Below are positions 30,401 through 37,996 of a DNA stretch of 64,000 nt, piece by piece; position 1 is the stretch's first letter; each line of letters begins with the position of its first letter. This DNA is from an uncultured Gammaproteobacteria bacterium (GTDB lineage Bacteria; Patescibacteriota; Patescibacteriia; Veblenbacterales; UBA10138). The position numbers and the translations under genes are program-made. Under the pieces are notes generated by a model that saw only the letters and a list, made by a program, of their open reading frames with translations, did no database searches and was not told the origin of the DNA. The stretch covers positions 804,095 through 868,094 of the forward strand of contig CAYVOI010000001.1 of the NCBI GenBank assembly GCA_964453605.1, in the 5' to 3' direction.

Positions 30401-32049
30401 CACGGGAACTCTGCGTCGGTTGGGCCTCCAGAGTTGATGAGCTTCACCTTGGCCAGCCCAGTGTGGGTGCCAAACAGCGCGCCGTCCAAAGTTACAAACT
30501 GCCCTGGACCCCCATTGCCTGGACCCAAGCCCCTGAGGTACGGGCTCAGGGTATCGACATAGCCTGGGTTGCTGTAGTTGGCACCCACTTGTACTAGCAC
30601 CTGGGTGTTGGGGGGGACAAAGTAGCGAGACAACGGCACGCCGGCGGGAATGTTCACCTTGATCTGTTCAGGGGTAGGGTTCAACGAATTCAATTGGCCG
30701 CTACAGGCAGTTACGCCATCAAGCGTTTTTCCATTCCAACACAAAACATTAGGGTTACCACTAAGGCTGTTGCTGTCAGCGTCTAAACCATTGAACACCC
30801 CTTCACCAGTCGAGGCAAAGTTTTGGCCAGTGATGGTTATCCGATTACCATAGTAGCCAGAAGCTGGCGTTATGTTGCTAATCTCCGGCGTGCAGTACTC
30901 CGTGTCGCCAGTGGTAAAGGTCCAACTGGTCGCCGCCAACGCGTTGTTACAGGCATCGGTAATGCCGCTTGAGAGCTTGACGGTGTAGGTTTGGTTTTGC
31001 TGGAGCGGTGCTTGCGGGTACACGGTGAATGAATTGAAATTGCTCCCGGGCACTATCTGCCCCAAGGCCACGGGGTTGCCAGCGGCGTCAAACAGCTTTA
31101 TGTTGGCTGGAGTAAGGGTAGTTATGTTCATCTCAGCGGAGAAGGTGGCTTGAATAGCAGTGCGGAGGCAAGCGTTGGCACCCGTGGGCCACTGGCTTGT
31201 TACTGTTGGCGCGCTGGTAGAGGTTTGGCTACCAGTGGTAAAGCTCCACACCTTGTCTGAGCTCAGCACAGCAGCTGTAGCTGGGGGTGTTGGTATGTTC
31301 GTAACCCCACTCGAACCACTCACAATGGTGGCTTGGTAGGTAGTGTTTTTGTTAAAGTCCGGGTGTTGCAGGGAGAAGCCTGGGCCTACGGTGGCGCTAC
31401 CAAAATTGGTAAAGGTAACTGTGGCGTTGGTAGTGGTGTTCTTCACTACCACGGTGGAGCTGTTAACGCTCGCTGGGTCCACGTTCTGGTTGAAGAGCGC
31501 CTGCACATTAGCACACAGCATGACGTTGCTAGCATTGTCGCTTGGGTCAACCGCCTGAACCGTAAACCCAATGTTCCCTCCCCCCGGCAAACAGCCTGGC
31601 CCCGTACAACCTCCGCCAGGCCCGCCCCCACCACTCGTCGTACCAGTAGCGCTCGAGAGTAAACTGAAAATGAATGCCGCAATACCGTAGGCCGCGAAAA
31701 TAATCGCCAGACCAATAACACCTGCGCCCATCATGCGCTTGGCCCTCGCAATTTGCTCCTCGTTACCCCGGCTGGTCATCCAGATGTAGCCAGCGTAAAC
31801 AATAATGGCAATGGCGATAACACCTAAGAAGCCAAGGATGATGTTAATAACCTTGGCCACCGTCTGCACAATGGGTATGTTGGTGCCCAGGTTAGTTGCA
31901 CCACCAAAATTAGTAAAGCCGAAGTTAGCCTCACCACTAAAACCAGCCGAGAGTACTGGCCTCAAAGCCAACACCAAAAGCACCAGGGCGGCCGAAGTCA
32001 CCAACACCCTCTGGTGACTCTTGAACCACTGCCTGGCACTCTGGAACAT
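21466..32049 (-). CDS. 3527-aa giant surface protein: VirB2/TrbC-like pilin, Big_5, IPT/TIG, pilin-like segment and many InlB-B-like repeats
   Basis: Uninterrupted ORF; N-terminal GVIAIAIIVYAGYIWMTSRGNEEQIARAK...GLAII pilin motif; repeated Ig-like and Cys-rich modules. Confidence 0.9.
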   Translation of the reverse strand: MFQSARQWFKSHQRVLVTSAALVLLVLALRPVLSAGFSGEANFGFTNFGGATNLGTNIPIVQTVAKVINIILGFLGVIAIAIIVYAGYIWMTSRGNEEQIARAKRMMGAGVIGLAIIFAAYGIAAFIFSLLSSATGTTSGGGGPGGGCTGPGCLPGGGNIGFTVQAVDPSDNASNVMLCANVQALFNQNVDPASVNSSTVVVKNTTTNATVTFTNFGSATVGPGFSLQHPDFNKNTTYQATIVSGSSGVTNIPTPPATAAVLSSDKVWSFTTGSQTSTSAPTVTSQWPTGANACLRTAIQATFSAEMNITTLTPANIKLFDAAGNPVALGQIVPGSNFNSFTVYPQAPLQQNQTYTVKLSSGITDACNNALAATSWTFTTGDTEYCTPEISNITPASGYYGNRITITGQNFASTGEGVFNGLDADSNSLSGNPNVLCWNGKTLDGVTACSGQLNSLNPTPEQIKVNIPAGVPLSRYFVPPNTQVLVQVGANYSNPGYVDTLSPYLRGLGPGNGGPGQFVTLDGALFGTHTGLAKVKLINSGGPTDAEFPCATSWGSSQIVIRIPTTLPQGSYKVQVVDASGNKSNTQTFIVDNSPVGPGLCSIGPVMCKAMSGSTPNMTLTGVRFGNTSPVPNSVVVGSRTLSPSGPWSDVSISGFVIDSSFGNGAYPISVQLPNLPASNPLYFNVPCQPAPSVVQDLACSTNLQSPSPPAYDPANPATACTNALIMARFDRAMDQSTISSSSVHVLQCGPGSNQTTCNAPTTNVAGTFSFPANSGFTFTPASLASSQWFQVTIDGTVKSAPPASEPMGFPYTWHFQTGGGVCNLSSVQLSPGSTQPAYIRTPTDTVDYQAFPQANNCNALNPASYSWSWTKSGTNNSYAVINPAPTAPADTSKKQVAANTFPDPSPPITIKAAAAGFSDTNSLYLSDTACSSTPDCTQAGLCTGSVCSLGTCTPVIKSIGPTTGAIGTWVGIDGCYFGNSQGTVLYTHSGTPPVPGTWPNPALCSAPTWTNTHILSEVPDTSTASTADDATNGPLWVKRTDGVQSNASALYTVNSAIQPPGLCSATPSSVYQSDLTDPTKALVTLKGNQFGAAVGQVKYYNGSISPANQTAAVTPLAGSWADKQITATTPSSISVPTSLVTVVNSSNLESNTAPYSVQPGTPPGPVTLPKITGMTPVDGNATGDAATVVTITGQDFGGGGQVKFGGVVAPIADCGHWTDTEIVVVVPDGLTGTKTVEVVNGAGSSAANAASLHPTFTVTSTIRPGICSIAPTAGPANTTVVITGRHFTDNHTDVISNSFASLVCGGSSTPCVPSASLNENPSDGSVPPYVTYPNKFKLMGAGQVVNWSDKQITITTPNIPASVRTGPLRVTVNYGTIGSPDLQTSNGVTFSGEPFITSLTPSTGPAGTWVTVRGGNFGTCASLGSTSGAPCTVSFAGTLSAPLPLYCGHWTDTEIVVKAPAGSGDALVTVTTAAGLTTDVTHSQTFHYDSNLPLIPGLCKLTFAPPNNLSGPITNLPTTVTLYGDAFSSVPPDVSHKVVLANIDPAPVGTWSSTQVTVNANPTTRSGDVTLQRVATVQVGLKCSGIQLGSTCIGSWVPNYQTVPLVSNPLYLNVNTVGLVLPPAPLNFVSSVPAAGAANVCRNVELQLTFDQPLSAASVTATTVRLDMVNQPPPLTSLPIPVSVRVSASSPNVVLVSPNSPLLPLQNFTLTMVGGVSGLKTTSGGTMPSDAQLSFGTGSNICKLDHVSIMPASYTFSTAGQSQTFTASALAPDGSLLSGVTYTWSKNDPANVVGYTSSANQATVSAAARNGQATLKVTGDAGPTIGSARAEASLEVYLCELPWEFKDDDYHFRLRYCRAGTVAATGGNFVTSNDSFSSGLTGWTVQGGAGWQPAVTPSPPGPSTAGDTMSAAATHVATQADVANGQYTLTRQITGLTQHTSYVASALVYLPANSPIVGATMVMTSDTSCRTDFRYASTLSAPAVGWQKLQVAFDSGPRKDYTICLYANASAQPATLNPIYFDSVVLQATSGNVLPSLSVVGGGSGTGDVSREYFLTNDVNSDVLGLRIYRNQLLTLSPRQWYLSRPDIVKGSLSDTTVDGYAAGQDGSTLYVSATNFCHLSSGPGCRTGQPHTVGQPDDNFETDLYVFGYSLGAGPTTTALYQELASSWTFNTNVSTSKDEIQRDLRRLTDMSVVQARLDGYTAQHTNTVPQLTAGSFLAGRSVSRWSSWQQNLASDLGGSLPIDPVNTFNLPAPPAGPQCSASAGFDQSTCWNQSTKAFECPDGSHVYQYKAISSTNATLSFNAEFKNVTWWKGSGDAITIPPGDACESVVRTINYQYTNLSISTPSTFGVVASSEASPKISCGSTCLAQYTPGSRVTLTATPQPGSRFLSWGGACASAASSATCPLTLSGSTVSVSATFAQISYSLNVKVVGAGTVTANGSPCTSSSPCTQSYVSGSSVTLHMSSTGGQVFSGWSSSLCSGLGDCTFTMPAANQQVTASFVPQYALNVTATIAAGASATVTSSPAGISCGTAISPCSASFSSGTQVTLTANPGTGSVFSGWTGACTGSSSSCTVTVTAITNVAATFARPSYALTVQKGGVGSGTVTSDAAHPGITCGSSCAASYSGGTSVTLTARANTDSTFTGWSSPDPGFSCPGVGTCPVTMDQARSVTASFTAVTYTLTVNKVLNNGSQGTVTSNESTPKINCGSACTTATTTYIRGTTVVLGHYPKDSDISLYYFVGWVASPASAADCGGTGTCTVNITSNTTITATFALRSSLSVSTAMYGACDPVTGKCGAGTVTSNLPDTNPISCGVGGSHCDQAYEKSPTDIVKLTATPDADSLFVGWTVAGSPACSGTDPCSVTMNTADALGPPFVAGVRVTATFALKATLTVRKSGTGGGTVTGNQPTVLGNPYGEAINCGTSCTEAYPKSGSVVVTLTAAEDVDSVFTGWSLSACQPTPSTPPPHTCNVTMDSDTTVTATFALTHKVTVEKLVGTVDTTNHNVTSTPGGKSCPSGTNNCLWRFVAGSSVTLSPSAETVAGVSYVFDSWADPTCAAAGSQSCTFTASSDVVVQAKFKVAPSHALKVTKSGLGATSGHVASDPSHPGINCDPDCNAQYQDGTTLTLTATTTGVGSFAGWTGCTSSVGTQCTVTMGTTDATVTATFTAYQLTVQKTLNGGADGTVSSTDTKIDCGATCSATYNPGTVTLNAVASKGGFVSWSSTDPGFSCPSNGQCQVTLDASHTTNATLTVTATFTAVTLTLNRSSASTGTGTIDVNPPNANCSAAACTYTYPPGTSVSLTANPDPGSTFAGFSGGGCSTSPCTTTISGATTVTATFTSTPLYSLTVFLQGSGAATSTVTVNPSPGPYPAGSAVVLTANPGSGVTFAGFSGGGCSTSPCTITMNSNTTVTATFVQPAPPSVTTSPASSITTSGARLNGQGNPNGLATTAWFRWGAANVACTSLPNVTSPSANLGSGASSLPFSFTLNGLNSSATYRYCAVAQNSQGLSFGSVVSFTTAAVIPPGN

Positions 32050-32060
32050 AACGTTTTGTT

Positions 32061-32513
32061 TTAGGTGTTTAAGACTTGTTTGACGGCAGCACTTACTGTT
32101 CCACCATCGGCAGCGCCAGCGTAGTGCGCCAGTACTGCTTTGGTGAGCTGGCCCATGCCTTTCACGTCGGTAATGCCAAGCTCAGCTTGAAACTTTTTCA
32201 CCGTCGCGAGCACATCGTCGGGGCTCGGCGCTTGGGGCAGGTAACGTGCTACCACTTCAGCCTCAGCCTGCTCTTGGGCAGCGAGCTCAGCGCGGCCTCC
32301 CTGCGCATAGAGCTTCATGGCCTCCTGCCGCTTCTTAAGCTCGCGCCGGAACACGACCAGCACATCTGGCTCGCTGAGCTCTCCCTTAGGCCCTTTGGCT
32401 ATGGCCTCGTTACCAAGGGCAGACTTTATTAGCCTCAGCACGCCAAGTTCCGTGCTACGAGCACGCTGGGCGGCCGCAATGTCAGCCTCGAGGCGCTGCT
32501 CAAGTTTGGTCAT
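32061..32513 (-). CDS. yqeY: GatB/YqeY domain protein
   Basis: LRLIKSAL, ELKKRQEA..LY..GGR.EL...E..E...YLP, MGQL...DGGTVS. Confidence 0.9.
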   Translation of the reverse strand: MTKLEQRLEADIAAAQRARSTELGVLRLIKSALGNEAIAKGPKGELSEPDVLVVFRRELKKRQEAMKLYAQGGRAELAAQEQAEAEVVARYLPQAPSPDDVLATVKKFQAELGITDVKGMGQLTKAVLAHYAGAADGGTVSAAVKQVLNT

Positions 32514-32535
32514 GGGTCCTCCTTACACGCCACGC

Positions 32536-32811
32536 CTAGCGCAGAGCGCGCTTGATCATGGCTATAACTTTAGGGTTGCGGCTGCGTAAATCTTCTTCTT
32601 CTACGAGCCCGGTTTTCCTAAGGTACTCTTTACGGTTCCGAATAGTCATGCGGCGCAGGGCATCCACGCGCTGCTCACGCTTGGTTTTGGCACCCTCGTA
32701 GAACCGCCGCTTCTTGGTTTGCAAAATCAAACCCGACTGCTGCACGCGTTTGGAGAACCGCCGCAGCATGCTTTCTACCGATTCGCCGTCTTTCCGTTTC
32801 ACTTCTATCAC
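32536..32811 (-). CDS. rpsU: 30S ribosomal protein S21
   Basis: EVKRKDGESVESMLRRFSKRVQQSG...RRFYE; upstream of yqeY as is usual. Confidence 0.9.
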   Translation of the reverse strand: MIEVKRKDGESVESMLRRFSKRVQQSGLILQTKKRRFYEGAKTKREQRVDALRRMTIRNRKEYLRKTGLVEEEDLRSRNPKVIAMIKRALR

Positions 32812-32963
32812 GGGGAAACACCTTCCTTTCTAGTAAGATGATGCTAATACAAGCTCTTATATTATAGCTTATTTTTACCCTCTCGTCAACTACAGAATAT
32901 CTTAACTCTACTTAAAGGAAAGCCACTCTCCGGCGAGAGTGGCTAGCTACCTAAAGCACTGCA

Positions 32964-34325
32964 CTAGCCCACCGTAGTCACGCTCTGAGCTTGAGCTTCG
33001 AGCCGTTTCTTAATTTCGTCCACCACCTTCTTAAAATCGACAATCTCCTGAATGCCGTTCTCCATGTCGCGCACGATGACCGTGCCGTCCATAAGCTCTT
33101 TCTGCCCGAGGACTAGGGCAAACTTTACCTTAAGGCGGTTAGCTATCTCGAGCTGGCTCTTTAACCCCTCTTTGGTAAAGCTCTCGGCCACCCTGACCCC
33201 TTGCCGCCGCAAATCCTCAAACAGCTTAAACGCTTTCTTGCGTGAAGCCTCGCCTAAAGAAGCTAAGAACACATCGGGTACAGCCGACGGTGGTACTGGT
33301 ACTCCCTTAGCCTTCAGTTCCCCAATGATGCGCTCAAGGCCAGAGCCAAAACCAACCGCCGGCGTTGGCTGGCCGCCCAAGTCCGCAATCAAGTTGTCGT
33401 AGCGGCCACCGCCGCCCAAGGCCGAGCGTTCACCCTCTTGCCCCCACAGTTCAAAGACGGTGCGGGTGTAGTAGTCTAACCCGCGGACCAGGTAGGGGTT
33501 CAGCTGGTAGGCCAGCCCCACTTCGTCCAGGTGCTCTAGCAGCCGCACAAAGTGTTGCCGACAAGCATCGTCTAAAAAGTCCACCATCTGCGGCGCTTGG
33601 CGCGCGAGCTCGCGGTCGGCCTCTACCTTGCAGTCCAGAATGCGCAGGGGGTTTTTGGTCAGGCGGCGTTTGCAATCTTCGCAGAGCACCGAGCGCTTGG
33701 TCTTGTAGTACTCAACCAGGGCCTGCTTGTAGGCCGGGCGGCAAACCGGGCAACCCACGCTATTAATCTGCACGGTCACGGGCAGCCCCAGGCTCTCGAA
33801 CAGGGCCGAGGCCAGCACGATGAGCTGGGCGTCGGCAATGGCTGAAGCCTCACCCAAAATTTCAAAATCGAGCTGCCAGTGCTGGCGAAAGCGGCCCGCC
33901 TGCGGACGCTCGTGCCGGAACAATGGTCCCACCGTAAAGAGTTTCACCGGCTGCGGCAAGCTGAGCATACCGTGTTCAATGTAGGCCCGAGCAATGCCGG
34001 CCGTGTGCTCGGGTCGTAAGCTCAGGTGGTCGTCTGACTGGTCGACGAAGGAGTACATTTCCTTTTCTACGATGTCGGTAGTGGCACCAATAGCGCGGGT
34101 GAAGAGGTTGGTTTTTTCCAAAATTGGCGTGTCAATGCGCTGAAAGCTGTAGGCAGCCGCGTACTCCTGCACCTTCGCTAACACAAAGCTCCACCAGGGA
34201 GCGTCCGGTGGCAGCACGTCGTGCATGCCACGAACGAGCTGGGGTGGCACAACTTTTTTCACCTTAGCAGCAGGCAGACTCTCAGCCACCGCGGCTTTGT
34301 CTTTTTCTTTGTCAGTGGTTGCCAT
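32964..34325 (-). CDS. hisS: Histidine-tRNA ligase
   Basis: RGMHD, KEMY, LRPEHTA, FRHERPQAGRFRQ, LVRGLDYYT, GGGRYD. Confidence 0.98.
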   Translation of the reverse strand: MATTDKEKDKAAVAESLPAAKVKKVVPPQLVRGMHDVLPPDAPWWSFVLAKVQEYAAAYSFQRIDTPILEKTNLFTRAIGATTDIVEKEMYSFVDQSDDHLSLRPEHTAGIARAYIEHGMLSLPQPVKLFTVGPLFRHERPQAGRFRQHWQLDFEILGEASAIADAQLIVLASALFESLGLPVTVQINSVGCPVCRPAYKQALVEYYKTKRSVLCEDCKRRLTKNPLRILDCKVEADRELARQAPQMVDFLDDACRQHFVRLLEHLDEVGLAYQLNPYLVRGLDYYTRTVFELWGQEGERSALGGGGRYDNLIADLGGQPTPAVGFGSGLERIIGELKAKGVPVPPSAVPDVFLASLGEASRKKAFKLFEDLRRQGVRVAESFTKEGLKSQLEIANRLKVKFALVLGQKELMDGTVIVRDMENGIQEIVDFKKVVDEIKKRLEAQAQSVTTVG

Positions 34326-34329
34326 AGGC

Positions 34330-34905
34330 TTACGGGGTCACCTGCTCACGGTGGTAGACGGTAAAACGGTCAAACGGCCAGCCGCGCACCCAGATGCGGC
34401 CGATGAGTTCATTAGCACTCACTGCACCAAAGCTCCGCGAGTCTAAACTGGCGGAACGGTTGTCGCCCATGACGTAGTACTGACCGGGCAGCAAAACAAT
34501 GTCATCGTTGTTCGGTGACTCAGGCTGTGTTCTAATAGTGTCGGCTAGGTAGGGTTCAGTTACCTTTTTGAGTTCACGGCCGCCCTCACCCACCCACACC
34601 GCGCCATCGCGAATAACCACCCTATCCCCTGGCAGCCCGATAACACGCTTAATAAAGTACTGCCGAGGGTCCCTGGGGTAGCGGAAGACTACCACTTCGC
34701 CACGTGCTGGCTCACGGAAACGGTAGGACAGCTCGTCGATCAAGAGGTAGTCGTGGTCGACGAAGTTGGGCTCCATGGAAGCGCCCTTGACGTAGAACGG
34801 CTGCACCAAGAAGTAACGAATGGGGAGGATGATGGCCAAACTGAGCACCGCTACCTTAATAACCTCCCACAAAAATTCGAGGAATGCTTTTAAGTACCTG
34901 AGCAT
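34330..34905 (-). CDS. lepB: Signal peptidase I
   Basis: GASMEPN, FIKRVIGLPGD, GDNRSASLDSRSFG. Confidence 0.97.
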   Translation of the reverse strand: MLRYLKAFLEFLWEVIKVAVLSLAIILPIRYFLVQPFYVKGASMEPNFVDHDYLLIDELSYRFREPARGEVVVFRYPRDPRQYFIKRVIGLPGDRVVIRDGAVWVGEGGRELKKVTEPYLADTIRTQPESPNNDDIVLLPGQYYVMGDNRSASLDSRSFGAVSANELIGRIWVRGWPFDRFTVYHREQVTP

Positions 34906-34938
34906 GGTTGATAGATAAGTCTAAGAGCTGTAAAACAG

Positions 34939-35225
34939 TGGTGGATGATGCTGGATTCGAACCCTGAAGTACAGGCTTCGCTTGACTTCAGGGCCAGCCA
35001 GCAACCAAACACGGTCTGGTGGACGGTATAGGATTTGAACCTATGACCCCTGCAATGTGAATGCAGTGCTCTACCGCTGAGCTAACCGTCCAAGTGAAGG
35101 TCTCTAGCTTTAGTGCTCCTCATACCCCGTTATGAAGAAGCGGAGCGGGTTCTGCTAGGGGGTAACCAGCTGCGCGCCCCGTAGAGTTCCGCGTCAGCGG
35201 AAGTTCTTCGGGGAGCTAATCATCC
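34939..35225 (-). pseudogene. Interrupted tRNA-Val-like scaffold enclosing an intact tRNA-Val
   Basis: Segments GGATGATTAGCTC / AGCTGGTTA / GAGCACT / GTTGCTGG / TTCGAATCCAGCATCATCCACCA reassemble to paired acceptor, D and T stems; they are separated by hairpins and the inner tRNA. Confidence 0.7.
35017..35091 (-). tRNA. tRNA-Val(CAC)
   Basis: GGACGGTTAGCTCAGCGGTAGAGCACTGCATTCACATTGCAGGGGTCATAGGTTCAAATCCTATACCGTCCACCA; cloverleaf with encoded CCA. Confidence 0.95.
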
Positions 35226-35337
35226 CTAAAACTACTAAACCTTTATAAAAGAGGCTCGCACGGAGCCGATTTTAGGCTTCATTGACAGGGAAACAGAGCG
35301 AATGCTACCATCTTTTATACCGGCTGTAAAGTCCGCT

Positions 35338-36684
35338 ATGCCACTGCCCAATCCTGACCTCATTCTATCGCCCTCCGGAGCACAGGCCGCCAGGGGTAAA
35401 TTTTTTTTCTACGCCCTGGTAATCCTAGTGGCCGTAGTCTTTGTGTGGCTCGGGCGCCAGCCCCACGTGCAGGCTACCATTCTCGACTGGCCCAACCACA
35501 GCTTGTGGGAGAACGTCAAGCGCCTGGTGGGGGGGTCGGACAAAAAACTCCAGGGCGAAGACGAAGACCGCATAAACTTCTTGCTCTTGGGGCAAGGCGG
35601 CGCACTCCACGACGGGCCGTACCTCACCGACACTATCATCCTAGCCTCCCTGAAACCGAGCACCAACCAGGTGGCACTGCTCTCTATTCCCCGCGACCTG
35701 TCAGTGGAGGTGCCCGGCCACGGTTTCCGTAAGATAAACAGCGTCAACGCCTTTGGCGAGGAGGCCGGCCCAGGCAAAGGCGCCGAGCTGGCTACGCAGG
35801 TGGTGGGGAAAATTTTTAACTTGCCGATACACTACTACGTGCGCCTGGAGTTCAATGGTTTTAGCAAGCTCATCGACCAGGTAGGCGGCGTGGGGGTAAA
35901 CGTTCAACATGGGTTTACCGACCCAGAGTACCCTGACAACGATGACGGCTACCAAACTGTGACGTTCAACCCTGGCTGGCAGACTATGAATGGCGAACGG
36001 GCCTTAGAGTACGTTCGCTCGCGCCATGGCTCAAACGGTGAAGGCTCAGACTTTGCCCGTTCGAAACGGCAGGAACAGGTGCTCCTAGCGCTCAAAGAAA
36101 AACTACTCTCACCTTCTACCTTCCTCAACCCCGCGCTCGTTATTAAGCTCTACCGCACGGTGAGCGAGAGCCTCACCACCAACCTAGCGGCCGACGAAGC
36201 GGTACAGCTCGCTCACCTGGCCCGCAAGGTGAGTCAGGAAAACATCACGAGCCGGGTACTGGACGCTAACCCCGGCGGCCTACTCCACGAGACTACCGGA
36301 GTGGATAATGCCTACCTCCTACTCCCGAACGCCGGCGACTACAGCGAGCTCCGGGCGCTGGCGCAGAACCTGTTTGAGATAAACCGGGTGGAGGCCGAGG
36401 GTGCTAAGGTAGAGCTCCAAAACGGCACACCAACCACGGGCCTGGGGGAAGCCACGGCCCTCTCACTCAAGGCCCAGGGGTTTAACGTGGTAAACGTCAG
36501 CAACGCCGCCCACCAAGATTTCCCCCACACCCTACTCTACGACTACACGGGCGGCGGTAAAACCTTAACCCGGGGAGTGCTAGAATCACTCTTCCACACC
36601 CAGGCGGTGAGCCTGGAGCGCGGGTCGAGTGAGCCTGATTTTCGCATTATCTTAGGCGCTGACTACGTCAAACCTAAAACCTGA
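35338..36684 (+). CDS. LCP (LytR-CpsA-Psr) family protein with LytR_C domain
   Basis: TM; LTDTIILAS, LSIPRDL, YVRSRH, SDFARSKRQ; VELQNGT...IILGADY. Start moved to ATG 35338 because TTGACA(35282)/TACCAT(35306) overlaps the first ATG. Confidence 0.9.
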   Translation: MPLPNPDLILSPSGAQAARGKFFFYALVILVAVVFVWLGRQPHVQATILDWPNHSLWENVKRLVGGSDKKLQGEDEDRINFLLLGQGGALHDGPYLTDTIILASLKPSTNQVALLSIPRDLSVEVPGHGFRKINSVNAFGEEAGPGKGAELATQVVGKIFNLPIHYYVRLEFNGFSKLIDQVGGVGVNVQHGFTDPEYPDNDDGYQTVTFNPGWQTMNGERALEYVRSRHGSNGEGSDFARSKRQEQVLLALKEKLLSPSTFLNPALVIKLYRTVSESLTTNLAADEAVQLAHLARKVSQENITSRVLDANPGGLLHETTGVDNAYLLLPNAGDYSELRALAQNLFEINRVEAEGAKVELQNGTPTTGLGEATALSLKAQGFNVVNVSNAAHQDFPHTLLYDYTGGGKTLTRGVLESLFHTQAVSLERGSSEPDFRIILGADYVKPKT

Positions 36685-36687
36685 CCT

Positions 36688-37974
36688 ATGACCCCACGTT
36701 TCGTGGTGCTGGCGGGGAGAACTAACGTTGGTAAATCGACGCTCTTTAACCGACTACTAGGCAGACCGCGGGCGATTGTATCAACTGAGGCTGGTACCAC
36801 CCGCGACCGTAACCAAGGGTTAGTCGACTGGCAGGGCAAACAGTTCTGGCTCATGGATACGCCCGGTTTTGACGTACCCAAAACAGACGCTACAGCTCGC
36901 GCCAGCTTAGAGCAAATGGAGCGGGCACTCAGGGAGGCACAGGTGGTCTTGTTCGTGGTCGACGGCCAGGTCGGCATTACCCCGGCTGAACGCAGCTTTA
37001 TCAAACGGGTACGGCAGTGGGCACCGCATGCCCTACTGGTAGTGAACAAACTCGACAGCCAGTTCAAACGTGCCCGCGCCGAAGACATTTCCCTAGGCTT
37101 TAAAGATACGGTGCTGGTCTCAGCCAAAACAGGTTCGGGCCTCGGGGATCTGCTGGACTTGATGATGCCCTACCTCGAGGGCGAGAGCGTACCCACACCA
37201 GAGCTCAGGCTAGCCTTCTTAGGACAAACCAATGTCGGGAAGTCATCACTCTTCAACCGCCTGCTTGGTAGCGAACGCAGTATTGTGCTCGCCACCCCCC
37301 ACACCACTCGTGACAAGCTACACGGTTTCCTAGAAACAGGCGGGGTAGCTATCGAAATCGTGGACACGGCCGGTATACGCCGGCAGCTCATTAAGAGCCC
37401 TCGGCTAGAACAACAGAGCGTAGCCCAGAGCCTACAAGCACTTAAGGAAACCAACGTGGCCGCGCTAGTAGTTGACGCTAGCCAAACCCCAAGCTGGCAA
37501 GACCAGCGCCTAGGCAGCTTAGTAGCTGAGGCTGGCATTGCAGCCCTGGTGCTCATGAACAAAGCTGACCTCGTGCCATTCGATGAGCGCAAAGCGGCGC
37601 TCGCGCGCATCCGCCGGGCGTTGCCCATGCTCCCCTTTGCCAGAAACCTCTGGGTGTCAGCCAAAACTGGTGAAGGTGCAGAGGCTATTCTACCAGCTGG
37701 TCAGGACGCCCTACGTGCCTGGGGAACACAGCTTAGCCCCAGTGAGCTCGACCGGTTCTTTGGGTTCCTCAAACGTAACAAAGCCACACGGGACTTGCCT
37801 ATCAACGGCTTTACCCAAACCAGCGCTGAGCCTCCCCGTTTCGTACTGCACCTCAAAACCAAAGAGAACCTGCCCTCCGCCATGAAGGGCTGGATCGAGA
37901 ACAAGCTCCGTGAAACCTACCATCTCGAGGGTAGCCCGGTGACGGTACGGCTCAAGGGCTTACGTAAAGGCTAG
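36688..37974 (+). CDS. der: Ribosome biogenesis GTPase Der
   Basis: Two G domains: GRTNVGKS/TTRD/DTPG/NKLD and GQTNVGKS/TTRD/DTAG/NKAD. Confidence 0.93.
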   Translation: MTPRFVVLAGRTNVGKSTLFNRLLGRPRAIVSTEAGTTRDRNQGLVDWQGKQFWLMDTPGFDVPKTDATARASLEQMERALREAQVVLFVVDGQVGITPAERSFIKRVRQWAPHALLVVNKLDSQFKRARAEDISLGFKDTVLVSAKTGSGLGDLLDLMMPYLEGESVPTPELRLAFLGQTNVGKSSLFNRLLGSERSIVLATPHTTRDKLHGFLETGGVAIEIVDTAGIRRQLIKSPRLEQQSVAQSLQALKETNVAALVVDASQTPSWQDQRLGSLVAEAGIAALVLMNKADLVPFDERKAALARIRRALPMLPFARNLWVSAKTGEGAEAILPAGQDALRAWGTQLSPSELDRFFGFLKRNKATRDLPINGFTQTSAEPPRFVLHLKTKENLPSAMKGWIENKLRETYHLEGSPVTVRLKGLRKG

Positions 37975-37996
37975 GCTCAGGGTTACTATTATATAT

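Noticed and set aside
21466-32049. Repeats in the giant gene as a CRISPR array or DGR template/variable pair
   Set aside because: They are in-frame domain duplications with no regular spacers, no adenine-specific mismatch pattern and no cas or reverse transcriptase gene in the window.
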